Shown: positions 50,763-63,047 of the stretch, in pieces
How the letters are laid out: every line of letters begins with the position of its first letter
Position numbering within the stretch: position 1 is the stretch's first letter
NCBI GenBank assembly: GCA_964188305.1
Contig: OZ076890.1
Origin: Podarcis bocagei
Taxonomy: Eukaryota
Direction: 5' to 3' (one strand)
DNA length: 64,000 bases
Program-made: the position numbers and the translations under genes
Notes under the pieces: generated by a model
Databases searched by the model: none
The model's input: the letters and a program-made list of their open reading frames with translations, nothing else
What the model was told of the DNA's origin: nothing

Positions 50763-51359
50763 CATTAGAGAATGAAGTATATCGGAATCCAAAGCCCTCT
50801 TTGGTTGATCGTTCTGTCATTGACTTGTTTGGTGACAAGACTGTACCTCCTGATATTTATATAGATGGTGCTTTCCTGAAAACACAGCCAATGGCTGATT
50901 TTATTGGAATGGGAAATGGTACAAGCCCCAGACATCATCACCACGTGCTGAAATCTAACACTTCACAAGATTCTGATTTAGAATTTGTAGCTAATACAAA
51001 GGCTAGAATAAAAGAATTGGAGAGAGAAGCTGAATATTTAGAAGAGGCCTACAGGAATTACCAATACAGAGCCATTCAAACCACAGCTGGCCCAACAAAA
51101 ACAACATTCTCTTCACCTATGGCAAGTAACTTTAACATGGCATCTCGCCAAAGACTTTGGTTTGCACAGGATGATCTATATTCCCAAGAATTACCCTTTC
51201 ACTGCCAAAAAAATAAAAGCTATAGATGGACACCAGGAAATGGGGATCACTTGAAAGATCATCTAACCCCTCCACGGAAGAAGTCTACTTCTAGACGTCT
51301 GTCTTCTACTCCTGTTTCCAAAGCAAAGAGAAATATTAGTAACAAGCTGTTTTCTGAAG
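50763..51359 (+). CDS. OFD1: OFD1 large exon
   Basis: ALENEVYRNPKPS..DSDLEFVANTKARIKELEREAEYLEEAYRNY..SRRLSSTP. Confidence 0.95.
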
Positions 51360-51957
51360 GTAAGCAATTTGATATTCATGAATTATGAGTGAAGTTGTTG
51401 CTTTGTGTGGATATCAGGAGCTCCTGATATTAAGAGTTTTCTGCCATAATGGTTCCTTCCCTTGGTCCATTTCTACTTGCTGCAAACATGGAAATGCTGT
51501 TTTTCATCTAACCCCCTTTTAATGCCACACTATTTATCATTGAAACTGATAGTCTTTTACTTGCTGACTCTCTGTAGTCTGTGTGTGTGTGTGTACGTCC
51601 GTACACACACACACACGCACAGTATACTCTGATTAAACACACTCTTGCTCCTGCTATTTAATCAAAACATGGAGATAAACTTAAGTGAGAAGTACTGTGC
51701 AGAAAAAAATATTTTGTATTTTTTCCACAATGAACCAATTTTTTCTAATCTGAAAACCAGTGTTAGAGAGTACCAAGCCTATCTTTTAAGCACCCAAAGT
51801 CTTCCAATGTTCCTGTGTTTTTACCCCTCTTTAAAGTATTCTATGGTTTTCCAGGAACAATTTCCAATGCACATCACTGGTATTAAGTGTTTTGTAGCTT
51901 ACAGTAGCTGTTCAGATACTATTGCACAGTAATATGTGGTTGCCTTCTGTTCTGCAG

Positions 51958-52105
51958 ATACAGTTGCCTCATCTTTTGCTGCCCCTCATCAGAATGCAGA
52001 CCAACCTCTCTCCCCCATTCAAAGAACAGGCAACCTTTCATCTCCTGAACATGCTTCTAATATATCAGTTTCTTCTTCCCCAGCCTCCTGCAAACAAAAA
52101 CTAAG
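51958..52105 (+). CDS. OFD1: OFD1 exon
   Basis: ctgcag|..PLSPIQ..KQKL|gtaatg; phase 1/2 fits. Confidence 0.85.
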
Positions 52106-52959
52106 GTAATGTTTATATACTGGTGAAAGATCTTCAGCTATGTCATGTCCCATATTTGTGTGTTACCTGTTGATATCCGTAATCAAACGTTCTTCCAAGA
52201 GAATGGTTTATCCTCAGGCACTTCAGTAGTTACAGTATCTTTTTGTGTACTGCATTTTTAATACATTACAGAAACATGGAGATACACCAAACATTTCCTA
52301 ATCCCTTACACAAGCTGTGTGGTTTTTTTGCTGCTCAAGGCTGTGCCCTTGCATTCAAAAAGAGATGGAGATAGTAGTAGGCCCCTAACATGCAGACTCG
52401 GGGGTAGTGGTGAGTGAGTAGAGGTTGCTTAACTATTGTGGGTCCGTATCCTGACCATGTTGTTCCACTTTGAGAGCTGTATCCCATAAGAGTTAGTGTG
52501 TTTGGTAATACTGCACCAGGAAGAAGGTAGAGAGTACTGTACAGTGGTATGCAAGTTGATAAAATGATGAGGCAACCTTGCTATTGTGAATATGAGATCA
52601 TGAGTTTAGATATTGGATAGTATGACTGAAATCTGAATTATTATTCACTTGGACAGCATGGAAGCTGTCATCCAGACTGCAGAAAGGAACCTTGCTATGG
52701 TTTTCCCCCTCCATACAACCTTAACTCAGTTTTCTGATGGTTGATGCTGGCATAGGGAAGACTGTGCATAAAGGCTCCTCCTGCAAGAGCAAAACAAAGA
52801 GCTTTGATAAGCTTTTCTTGTAACTATGTTCATGTCTTTGTATGTTATACCCATGGTGTGCTCTGCAGATGTGACACGGGACTATATTAACTTTACGTTT
52901 TAGAAACTTTTCTAAACTAAATATAATCACTTTTCTCCCATCTCCTTCCTTTCTTTTAG

Positions 52960-53081
52960 TCTTCAGCAGCAGCAAGGTGAAACTCAGGGTGTTAGTGACT
53001 CTGCAAAATCTGAGAGGCTCCTGTATAAAGACCTTGGAAATGATGACTCTGACCTTGGAAATGATGAGTCTGCCAGTAAAT
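52960..53081 (+). CDS. OFD1: OFD1 exon with internal 21-nt duplication
   Basis: SLQQQQGETQGVSDSAKSERLLYKDLGNDDSDLGNDESASK; phase 2/1. Confidence 0.85.
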
Positions 53082-53563
53082 GTAAGTTTTTACTATATTT
53101 TTCAGAAAGAAGCAATGCAGATTTTTTTTATCTGGGAGCCACCTTTTTTTTTAAAGCCAGAAATCTCTTTAAGTATGACTCTTGGGGTTGTTTTTTTTTG
53201 GCTTTTCATAACTTCTCAACTTATTCTAAGGAAATGGGGGTGCCTTTTAAGCCACCCCTTTTACCAGGCAACTGTGTAATGGTCTTAACATATAAAATGC
53301 ATAGAACTGCAGCCTAGCCTAATCCTTGTGTATGTATGTGTGTAAATGTTAATGGGAATGGAATTGGACATTGTATGACTTACACATTGGGCTTGGGAAC
53401 CCACATTAGTAGAAAAGCAAAATATGCAGAAGCTGAAGCTGTACAGGTTATATTGGTTATATTGGTGAGGCCTTTGGGAAACTCTGGCACTCTTCTGATA
53501 GACATTTTAGTATATTTGATGTTTGCCACAACCTGGAAATGAAAAACTAGAGATAGTTTAAAA

Positions 53564-53769
53564 CTGAGCTTTCCAAACTGTGTGTCGTAACACATTAGTG
53601 TGTTGGCTGCAGTGTGTAGTTGTGTCACGCAAATGCTCCTTGCGCTCCTTCCAGGGCTGGAAAGGGATTACTTTAACCTCCAGTTTGCTAGTAAAACTGA
53701 ATTACTGTTTTGCAAAATGATGCATGTCTTAAATGTGTGTCACCAACATGAAAACTTTGGAAAGCTCTG
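53564..53769. mobile_element. hAT MITE
   Basis: TIR ctgagctttccaaa / tttggaaagctctg; perfect 8-bp TSD gtttaaaa (53556-53563, 53770-53777). Confidence 0.88.
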
Positions 53770-54399
53770 GTTTAAAACTTAGAAGATGTGATGTAAAATA
53801 ATGAGATTTAATGAAAGTGAAAAATGTTTGAATTGGATAATGCACAGGGAAAACCAGTAAGTGCATGAAAGAGAGGGTTACAGCACTGGATATACAGTAC
53901 AAACTATAATTTTGGTTGGACAGAACTATTGAGGGAGTGCAAATTAAAGCTTTGCCAAAAAAAAAATACAACTATAACTTATTGGCTTGTTTTGCTATCA
54001 CACAGTTCCTTGTGAACTATAGGAAACTTGAAAGTTTTGTTTTATGGAAGTGACTCAAATGCAACCAGCCCCCCCATATTTTGCATTCATGCTTGTGTCT
54101 CATTGGTGGATTTTAATCCTACAAAGTCCACATTGAGTTGAAGCTGTTTTGACTCTTTGCTTAGGAAACATATTGTAAGAACTAGTTTCCAAGCCAGACA
54201 GTCCCATGATTCTGATTAAAACAGCCCATTTGAAGTTTCTTCATTCTTAGGGTGATGGTTGGCTTGGCCAAGAAGAGCACTTAATTAATGGCTTGCACTT
54301 ATGCATTCTGAACTCAGTCATTCCCACACTGTGTCCATTTCTTTGCCCTGCTTTGATAATTGCAGAATAATGAGGGCATTGTTCCTCCTTCTCCTCTAG

Positions 54400-54516
54400 A
54401 TCAAGAGGACATTCCAGAACAGCTCGAAAGCGATGTGTCACATCCATCTCACATTGTTAGTGGAAGCCATGTTCCGGCTACTGTGCCAGCAGCGGACACT
54501 TCACAGCAGGACATAA
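54400..54516 (+). CDS. OFD1: OFD1 exon (symmetric, phase 1)
   Basis: ctctag|AT CAA GAG..ATA A|gtgagt; QEDIPEQLESDVSH. Confidence 0.8.
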   Translation: MKRTFQNSSKAMCHIHLTLLVEAMFRLLCQQRTLHSRT

Positions 54517-55446
54517 GTGAGTTTTCAGCTCAAACAAGTGTGAATAGCCATTTTAGATGGCTTGTTTATCAAAGTATATGGAAACTGAAGCTTTTGCAGC
54601 ATCTTGTCTGAAATACAGTAAATGGTATTATTTTAAACTGGCTACTGTCCATAACAGAATATCTTCATAATATATTTCAGTTTAGAGCTGCTTCAGTCAA
54701 CATAAGAACATAATTTTTAAGCTTTTCCATACCTGTAACAGGAAGGCACACAATTATGTTAGACATTTGAAGATAAGGCAACAAGGAACCTAGGGGAACT
54801 CGAGAGGAGTGGGGAGTGAGTTTGATAGTAACTATTCTCCCTGCATAGTGCACCACTTTCAACAATTTGTATGGGAAATGGGGATTCCAGAGGGCAAATG
54901 TTGAGAGAAACAGAAGCTCTGTGAAGTAACATGTTTCTTGTTTGCATATTGGGGCAGCTGAAAGGGTAATATTTGTGAAAGGGAGCCCTGCAGCAGTCCT
55001 CTTCTCAAGCCTGCTATTTCTGTTAGACAGCTGAAACTGCTGTACTTGAAAGTTTGGTGGTTTTTTTGGTGACATTTCAACAAACTGTACCCTAACCATT
55101 AATATATTTCTGTACCCTACTGCACCATCATGATGGCTAGGCACAGGTAGGTTTTCTGTAGCTTAGTGATCTTGCACAGTCTTATGTAGAGAGTTTATTG
55201 GGCAGCCATAGAGTTGGAAAATCACCAGTATACATTAAATGGAGGTAAAGGAAGCTGAATACAGTTTGTGCAGGACTTGACATATTCTGCTTCTCTGGAT
55301 TATTAGTCTTTTCTATGCACTGTTAAGTACCTATCTGTTTGGAATAATATGCATCCATATACTTTAACTGTGTTTGATTTAATGCTTCGGAATGCAAAAC
55401 TGTCTTTCTTTGCTTAATACTGCCCTCTATGTATTATGTGGAGCAG

Positions 55447-55613
55447 AAATAACAGCCCTGGAGAAACAAAAGCATCCTGAAGAACAGGAGGAGGAGGAGG
55501 AGGAGGAGGAGGAGGAGCAAAAATGGGAAGAGAGGGAAGGAAAAAGGCAGCAAGAGAGGCAGGACACTTTGGAAAGAGAGCAAGGAGAACTGGAAAAAGC
55601 AAATGAAGAATTG
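55447..55613 (+). CDS. OFD1: OFD1 exon with (GAG)10 poly-Glu
   Basis: EEQEEEEEEEEEEQKWEERE..LEREQGELEK|gtaatg. Confidence 0.88.
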
Positions 55614-55699
55614 GTAATGCATTTCAGAGTCTTGGTGATTTAAAATAGTTATTATAAACTAAAGAGTACTTTCTTTTTCTGGACTAGGACTGTAGGATA

Positions 55700-55929
55700 C
55701 AGGCAGCCCCCCCCCCCAATTTACATGCGTCCAGTATGTGTTTGATCTTGTAAATGCACATCACGCCGAACCCAGAAGTGACCTGGAAACGTCATAAAGA
55801 CATCACTTAAAGGGTGCAATGGGGGTGGGGTGTTTGTAGGCTTTTTCAGTGGGTTTCAGTTATACGCAATTGAACCGATGCACACAGTGCCTCGGAACGT
55901 AAACCCTGTGTAAACAGGGGGGCTGCCTG
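55700..55929. mobile_element. Tc1/mariner (Tigger-like) MITE
   Basis: TA|caggcagcccccc..ggggggctgcctg|TA. Confidence 0.8.
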
Positions 55930-57211
55930 TATAGACAACAGATTCTCAGAGGCAGTTTTGTGGAGTGGCCATTGCGTGTAGTGTGCTGATAGAATTTCTG
56001 CAGAACTTGTTTTCCTTCCGGTGGAGATTGATAGATCAGAAGCTATTTGCCACCTGCCATTTTACCACCATATTGATTTGCCAGGGATATGAGTAAGCTG
56101 CTGTAAAGCTGCATTAAATTGGGTTTTCCCTGCTCTATTATATCCCCACTATATCCCACCCACCCTGGTTGAACAGAAATCAAATTTATTATATTGGATT
56201 ATTCATAGTGCCTTAGTACTGGTAAAAGGAAAGTGTTTTACAAATAAAAATAAAGTGGACAACCTTTGAATATTTCCTTTTGGAAGAAGGAGATGGTTTA
56301 TAGAGCAGCTATTTTTGAAGCTCTTTGTGCAGAATAGGAATTTTTATAAATGATCACTTCTGAGAGTATGCTGTCTTGGGGTGCTCTGATGATAGGAGGC
56401 TGCAGCCCTGCTACTTCTAATGGCAGGCTGGAGTCCTTCCCATCCAGTGGACTTCCTCATGAGGAACTATGTGGTCAGCATTTACCATTTCAGTAATAAA
56501 ACCAAGATATGGCACATTAATCTGACACCACCAAAGATGGAAAGTAAACTGCATCAGTTGTTCTTAGTATATGTTCTGGGGAAAGGGGGACCAGTATAAA
56601 CATTCTCTTGGAGAACTGACTTTCTAACAATACTTTGCATTTAGCTGTTTTACTTTTTTATGCAAGTATTTCTAAACCACCATATAAAATATCAGGACAT
56701 TAAAGACATAAAACACCATTTGAGAAAGCAAAATATAGGTAATGGTTAAGGTCACTGGCAAATCAAAAATTAAGCTACTACAGTGAGCTTTCAACATTAA
56801 TAAAAGGCCTTCAAGAGTCACCTGAAAGTCAATAGCAAGGGTGTCTGCTGGAAGAATGTTCTCTATAGCATGGGATTGCAACATCAAACGCCCAACTTCT
56901 GGTTGAGGCCAGTTGCGCTTCTGTAAAATGGGGGATTTGATAATCAAATGTAGTTTAGTTCTGGTTGAAGTAAGCCACTTTTTGATTACTGTGAGGATTT
57001 AACTTGTGTGTGAAGAGACATCATTATTGCAGGCAATTTGCTGCAACTAATTTTGTGCTGTTTCTTTTATATAGTCCTTTAAGATCCTTATAAAAGTATA
57101 GGATGCTGAGTGTAGGTAGGATTATGTTACCAGTGGCCCACATTTTAGTGGAGCATTCCTTTCTTCTCTGTTAAAATGTTTTATGGTGTTCATTCTTTGG
57201 TTTCATAAAAG

Positions 57212-57376
57212 TGTATGCAAGAGTCAGTGGAAACCGAGAAAAAGCATGAAGATGTGGCAGATTTGGAAACCATTATCTCAAAGTCTGAAGAGCATGGTGG
57301 TGATGCTATTCCTAATCCACTGGAAAAATACATGAAAATAATACAGCAGAATCGGGAGCAGGAGTTTGCAAATGAG
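57212..57376 (+). CDS. OFD1: OFD1 exon
   Basis: CMQESVE..NPLEKYMKIIQQNREQE. Confidence 0.92.
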
Positions 57377-59065
57377 GTGATGTTGTCCATTATTCTTGCA
57401 TCTAATGTCCTGTGGTTAATAGGAGGTCTCCCATCTAGGTTCTGATTTGAAACAGATGTGCTTAGCATCAGCAAGATGGTGGTTTAATGCACCTGAGATG
57501 TATTAGTTTTGGAACTCATGTACTCCAAGAACAATCTCAGTAGTTCCTTTGTCTTTTTCACACTGGACAAGCAAGCATGCAAGATAGCATGTACACAGCC
57601 AACTAAAGAGTAGAACAAGATCTAATTAATTTAAAATGTTGAGGTCTAGCTTTTGTTGTATCAGAAACTTGGGATATAAAGTCTACCTTATGTTTCCCCC
57701 ACTTGAGGTCATTTAATAGTGTATTGCCAAATTATTTCGGTTAATAACCAACAAAAATTTCCAACGTACTAGATTGTTGTTGCAAACCTTGTGGATATTT
57801 GCAGTTGAGCTGATTCTTTTGCGGCTTGCTTTGTGGTTATCCAGAATTAACCATCTTCAGCTGAATTAATGATTAGCTTACAAGGACGGATTCCAAGCCA
57901 TCATACTTCCTTGATTATAGCTTTTTGGCTTAATGAGTCATGCTTCATGCATATACAATAAATTTCTAGTAGCCACACTTGAGTTCAGCTTGGCAAAACC
58001 TGCTGTTTATAGCTACACTTTTTTGCTGTATGATATCAAATTCAAAAAGGAACAGTAGAATGTTAGATCCTCTCTGTGCATCACAATATCTAGGACTGAA
58101 TGCTGTAAGCAATCTGAACGAATCACTGGAAAGCACTATCATTTGCTACTGTGGGGGTGGCTTACCTGTGGCCCTCCAGATGCTGTTGAACTCCCAACTC
58201 CTGGTCTGTGGTCAGTAATAATAGGTATTTCTAGTACAGTAACAGTTGGAGGTTCCCCACATCTGTTCTGCCTTTGATCTCTGTTAGTCATTTTGAATTG
58301 GTAATACGCAGTGATACCACTATAATTCCATCACCCTGCAGTACAGTGATCTCTACTTGGTCTTGTAACATACAAATTCTTGCATCAAACTACTTTCTTA
58401 ATCTTTTATTCACTGATCACTTTTGACAAATACAAGATCATTTGAATTTGGCAATGATACTAGAAAAAATAGTGGGCAAATACTTAAGTGTGTACATTCT
58501 GGTTTTAAACAGTTTAAACATACAGGTTTAAGATTACCCACAGACCTATGGAGACCACAAAATTTTGTCTGGAAAAGGTCATACTATAGTAGAAAACCAA
58601 TAACAGGACACGTGAAATATGCCAAACTAAAATTTCGGATAACAAGTTCCATTACAAAGCTGTTCAGACATAAGCATGCTATTTTTGAAATAAAGACCAA
58701 AAAACCCCATTGCAATCAATAAGATTGTGTCTCTATCAGTGGCTGTTTCAATTGGTTGAAAGCAGAGAGAAAAGAAGACCAATTGCCATTTAGCACCTTC
58801 ACTCCTAGAACTGCCCCACTCCAGCAGCCATTCCACCTTGCCATGTACAAGCTAGAACATGAATATGTGTGTTCACCTTCATTCCCTCCCTTTTGCATTG
58901 TATCTGTTAGATGATAATGCGTCATGGCAGTGACCTATCCTTTCTACTCTCTGCATAGCACTTAGGGTAATTTTAAGTACCTAATCATATTCCTGTTTTT
59001 TGAGTAGCAATGGAATGTGGAGACCACACAAAAGCAACCAGTAACAACTTTCTTTTCTCTATTAG

Positions 59066-59127
59066 GACTTCAAGAAAGAAGCTGAAGTATTTTCTGAGAA
59101 ACTCTCAGGTAGTGGAAAGGAGGACAG
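59066..59127 (+). CDS. OFD1: OFD1 penultimate exon
   Basis: ctattag|DFKKEAEVFSEKLSGSGKED|gtatgt. Confidence 0.85.
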
Positions 59128-59579
59128 GTATGTATCTTGCTAGTGCTTGACATGTATGGTTCATATTTATTTATTTTTGCTTTTTTATCAAGTGGGGCCT
59201 TTTTGCATTAAAACAAATCCTTTCCATTAAACACTTTTAATTGCATACTAATTACACTTGTCTGGTAATCTTTACTGTATTGCAGTTGAATTAAGATTTG
59301 TTAAAGTTTTAAAGCAAATGTCAAAAGAATGGATTGCATACTAAGTTTATTTGAGCAGGTCTCTATTTATAGATTGTTTGTGATAGCAGATGTTGGGGAA
59401 ACAGATTTCACCACATCCCTATAAGTGTCCAAATTATCCCTCCCCCTAAAAAAAACCCTCCTCTAGATGATTGGGGGACTTATGATTTGATGTGTATGCT
59501 GTGTGAGGGAAGGGTAGATGAGAATTGAGGAAGGAAGTGTATTAGACTGTTTCAAAATTCATTATTATCTGTGTTCCAG

Positions 59580-59631
59580 CTTTAGTGCTGCAGCCACTCT
59601 TCATGGAGAGCCTGATGATGATTTCTGGTGA
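59580..59631 (+). CDS. OFD1: OFD1 last coding exon
   Basis: ttccag|C FSAAATLHGEPDDDFW*; AATAAA at 59879 and 59966. Confidence 0.9.
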
Positions 59632-61141
59632 ATATCAATTAGCAGGGGCTACTTGACCAGAGAAGTGGACTTCTTTTCCATCAGAGGAAGCACCACAAAC
59701 TAGGGTGAGATTCTGAACATTGGAATATTGTTATCTGCATAATTCAGGAAGAACATACTAAAAGTGAAACATTGCTGTTTGTTGGCACAAAGTTGCCATC
59801 AGTGCTACTGAAACAATGTTTCAGAGAATTGCTTCCTACCTGAACAACCAATTTTACGTGTTTAAAATATGCCAGTACAATAAAGATAGCTTTTTATAGA
59901 GGCAGTGGGGAAAACAATCAAATCAGGTTGATTTACCTTGTTATACAAATGAATATTTTTTAAAAAATAAAGCGTCAGTCATAGAAAATTCTGTGTTTAA
60001 ATCTATTTGAAATATTTTCTTCCAGAGTTTATATTACAGACTTTACAGATGATTGACCAGTTGTCTATATAAGCATAGCTCAGAGCTCTAGAATGAAAAC
60101 AGTGTTTAGACATTTAAGTTTTGGGGTAATGTGCTTAAGCAGGTTTTGACTTTATTGAATAGTGACGCTACAATTTCCTGCTGCTGCACATCCTTTAGCT
60201 ACTCTTTAAAAACAAACTAGGGCATCAGCAAGAGTTCAGTCAAGCACACTTTAAAAATTAAGTGCTTGTAATTGGGACTACTTCCTATTAAAAGTACATG
60301 GTATTGAAAATGATGATTTACACTATTATGATGTTTAAATTTTGGAAATGGTAGTCATAGTATGAAACTGGCCTGAAAAAGTGGGGCAACTGTGTCTGAA
60401 CTCACAAAAATTGAATCATATTATCAACTCATTTTAGAGGAGAGTTCCTTGGGAAAGTGATGAAAGAATTAACCCACTTTACAAGCTTTGTAATTAGTGG
60501 GAAATGCTGGTAAAGCTGAATCGATGGCACCTGATAAGTTGAAATATATCCTGGCTTCGTGTAGTTTGACCACACTGCATTAAAATAATGAAACATACTA
60601 TAGATGGGAAACTTTTGCAGTGAGCTTATGAGAGACGCCAGGCATGCCTCAAGCAGTTCTCCTAAGACAAAGTTGAGCAAATAGTACTCTGATTCAAAAT
60701 CAATTACTGAGAACAGGCCCTTGCAGATGAGCATCTTTCAAAACACTTTTGCATATCTGTGTTTGCTAATTTGACTGCTCTCATTTCTTAAGAGACAGAA
60801 ACTAACAAATTTATGTTTATGTCAAACTGTATCAAACCTGAACTGTGAAATACACTATTGTTGTTTTTTGCCCCAAAGGTAAACTAATAGTGGCAAATCC
60901 ATATACCAAATAATGCGCACACTTTTTGAGAGTCAGACCCAGTCCAGAGGCACCCTAGCACTGAAGGATATCACATCTTGATAAGTTGCAGGGAAAGATC
61001 TATCTTCCTATGTCCATTGGTTGCCATATTTTTCAATAGATGCTAAAACTTCCAATTATGTGTCACCCAAACACTAGCTTTGGGATGGCTGTCTATACTG
61101 CTACAACTGTTTCAAAACCTTCTTAAAATAAGCATACACAA

Positions 61142-61322
61142 NNNNNNNNNNNNNNNNNNNNNNNNNNNNNNNNNNNNNNNNNNNNNNNNNNNNNNNNNNN
61201 NNNNNNNNNNNNNNNNNNNNNNNNNNNNNNNNNNNNNNNNNNNNNNNNNNNNNNNNNNNNNNNNNNNNNNNNNNNNNNNNNNNNNNNNNNNNNNNNNNNN
61301 NNNNNNNNNNNNNNNNNNNNNN
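61142..61322. other. Assembly gap (181 N)
   Basis: Run of N. Confidence 0.99.
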
Positions 61323-62897
61323 GTAAATAGCTACATAGAATTAGAAAAGAATTAGGCTTTAAGACACTGTCTGTTACCTTTATGCAAACACTGGACTAGT
61401 AAGAACATCACCTGCATTGCTGTAGAAATTTGTTTCCTTCCATGCAACAGGTAAAAACAAACACTAAGCTATTTTTTATCTGCTCTATATAGATTTTGCC
61501 TCTTTAAAAAGAAAGTCAGATTAGGCATGTAACAAACTCAAATGCAAGGTAATACCTGAAGTTTTTTCCACATTAATATTTTTTTCCTTTAAAAACTTTC
61601 TAAAGAAACATGTGCTTCCTTTATCTTTATACACTTCTGTATGAGCTACAGGAGCATGTTAATATTCAGCAAACGTTCAAAACTAATCAAACCACACATT
61701 AACATGGATGTATGACTTGACTTTTTTACTGATTTAAAACTCACTGATGTACTTAAAGTTTCTCCAACATTTATATAATTTTTTATTTTAAAAAAAACAC
61801 ACCAAAGATACCATCACTAGTACTCAAGCTAGCACTGAATGTTTCTGAAAATGTTAGAAGGCAGATTTTGTGGGAAACACTTTTAAAATGGCACCCAATA
61901 TTTTACCGAACACCAAATTTCTTAAAAGAGAAAACAAATAAGCACTGTCTATAAACGTGCTGAGCACCAAAATTGAGACGGGCGGTTGACCTGTGCTCTG
62001 TATGGCTATGGGTTTTTATGTTCTACAAATTGTTATCTGCTCACTTGAAACAATTATATCAGTATAATTTCAACAAGGTAACACTTTCTGCTTTGATAAA
62101 ATACATGATAATGATCTCCCACTGCTATATAAATGCTTCAGACATTTATAGAAAATAAATATTAAGGCAAAGCTGACATTTATTTTCTGAGAAGGGGATC
62201 ATTATCCTGATCCAAAGGTCTGTCTACATTCCATCAAATGGTATAAAATTAAAAGAAAACAAACTCTGGGCAACAGTGCCCGGCTTACTCTGGTAAGTGC
62301 AGTAGAACAACAGTGGCTCATTACAGCATCAATGAAAAGGGAGTGGCTCAGAAAATAACACTTCTGGCATTTAGTCCACAAAATCCAGTTTTAATTTTGA
62401 CAGAGACTGAATAAGATTATTTGTAACTTCCTGAAACCGTATCAAATAAGCACAACTATCAGTATTCAGAAGAAAGGGAATAACTAGTCATACTAGAATC
62501 TTAGTTACTTACATCTGTGTAATTATATACAGCCTTTAAAATCTTTTAGTCATTGCAGGGCTGGATACCAACTGTGGTAGCCTGTTTTGAAAGGAGCGTG
62601 TTCCTTCAATAATTCTTTTATAATTGCCAAGAGATATCCATAAAGATCCTTGACTTGGCAACATGTTTTTCTAAAGTGGCCTAGAGACAACCTCTCCCCC
62701 CTCCCTCCCCCCCAAAAAACCCTCCAATCGCAGTGCTAAAGGAATGGAGGATATCCACTGCAAATTTTCCCTATGATCATGGCCCAGGAGCATGAATGTG
62801 AAGTTTTTATACTTCTGCATTTGCTTGGACATGCATCTGTTCTGCAGAGCAGCTGCTTGATGATTTGTCAGAGCTACAAAATTCTTCTGGCAAACAT

Positions 62898-63047
62898 TTA
62901 TGTGTAAGAATTGAGTTGCTCTTTGGACCGAGACTGGATATCCTGAAGCTCCTGTTCTTCTTTTGCTTTGATATCCTGGTAAGCCTGCATTTTGCTCGCA
63001 TCCTTTAAGTAGGCCCAGTTAGAGGACAGTATCATGAGGAAGTGTAT
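62898..63047 (-). CDS. GPM6B: Neuronal membrane glycoprotein M6-b, last coding exon
   Basis: ttccag|IHFLMILSSNWAYLKDASKMQAYQDIKAKEEQELQDIQSRSKEQLNSYT*; synteny downstream of OFD1. Confidence 0.95.
   Translation of the reverse strand: MHFLMILSSNWAYLKDASKMQAYQDIKAKEEQELQDIQSRSKEQLNSYT

Larger units (their letters stand above)
36495..59631 (+). other. OFD1: OFD1 centriole and centriolar satellite protein, coding span; 22 coding exons, 3069 nt, about 1022 aa
   Basis: LSQDELRRRLYQTFKSRGVLDSLK, LisH motif ([20 protein letters not shown]), coiled coils, NPLEKYMKII, ends PDDDFW*; all introns GT-AG and in frame. Confidence 0.95.

Noticed and set aside
54360-54399. Upstream acceptor tgcag at 54365 for an OFD1 exon
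   Set aside because: Phase 0, incompatible with the phase-1 upstream donor; 54399 fits
61080-61355. ORF spanning the N run
   Set aside because: Assembly-gap artefact
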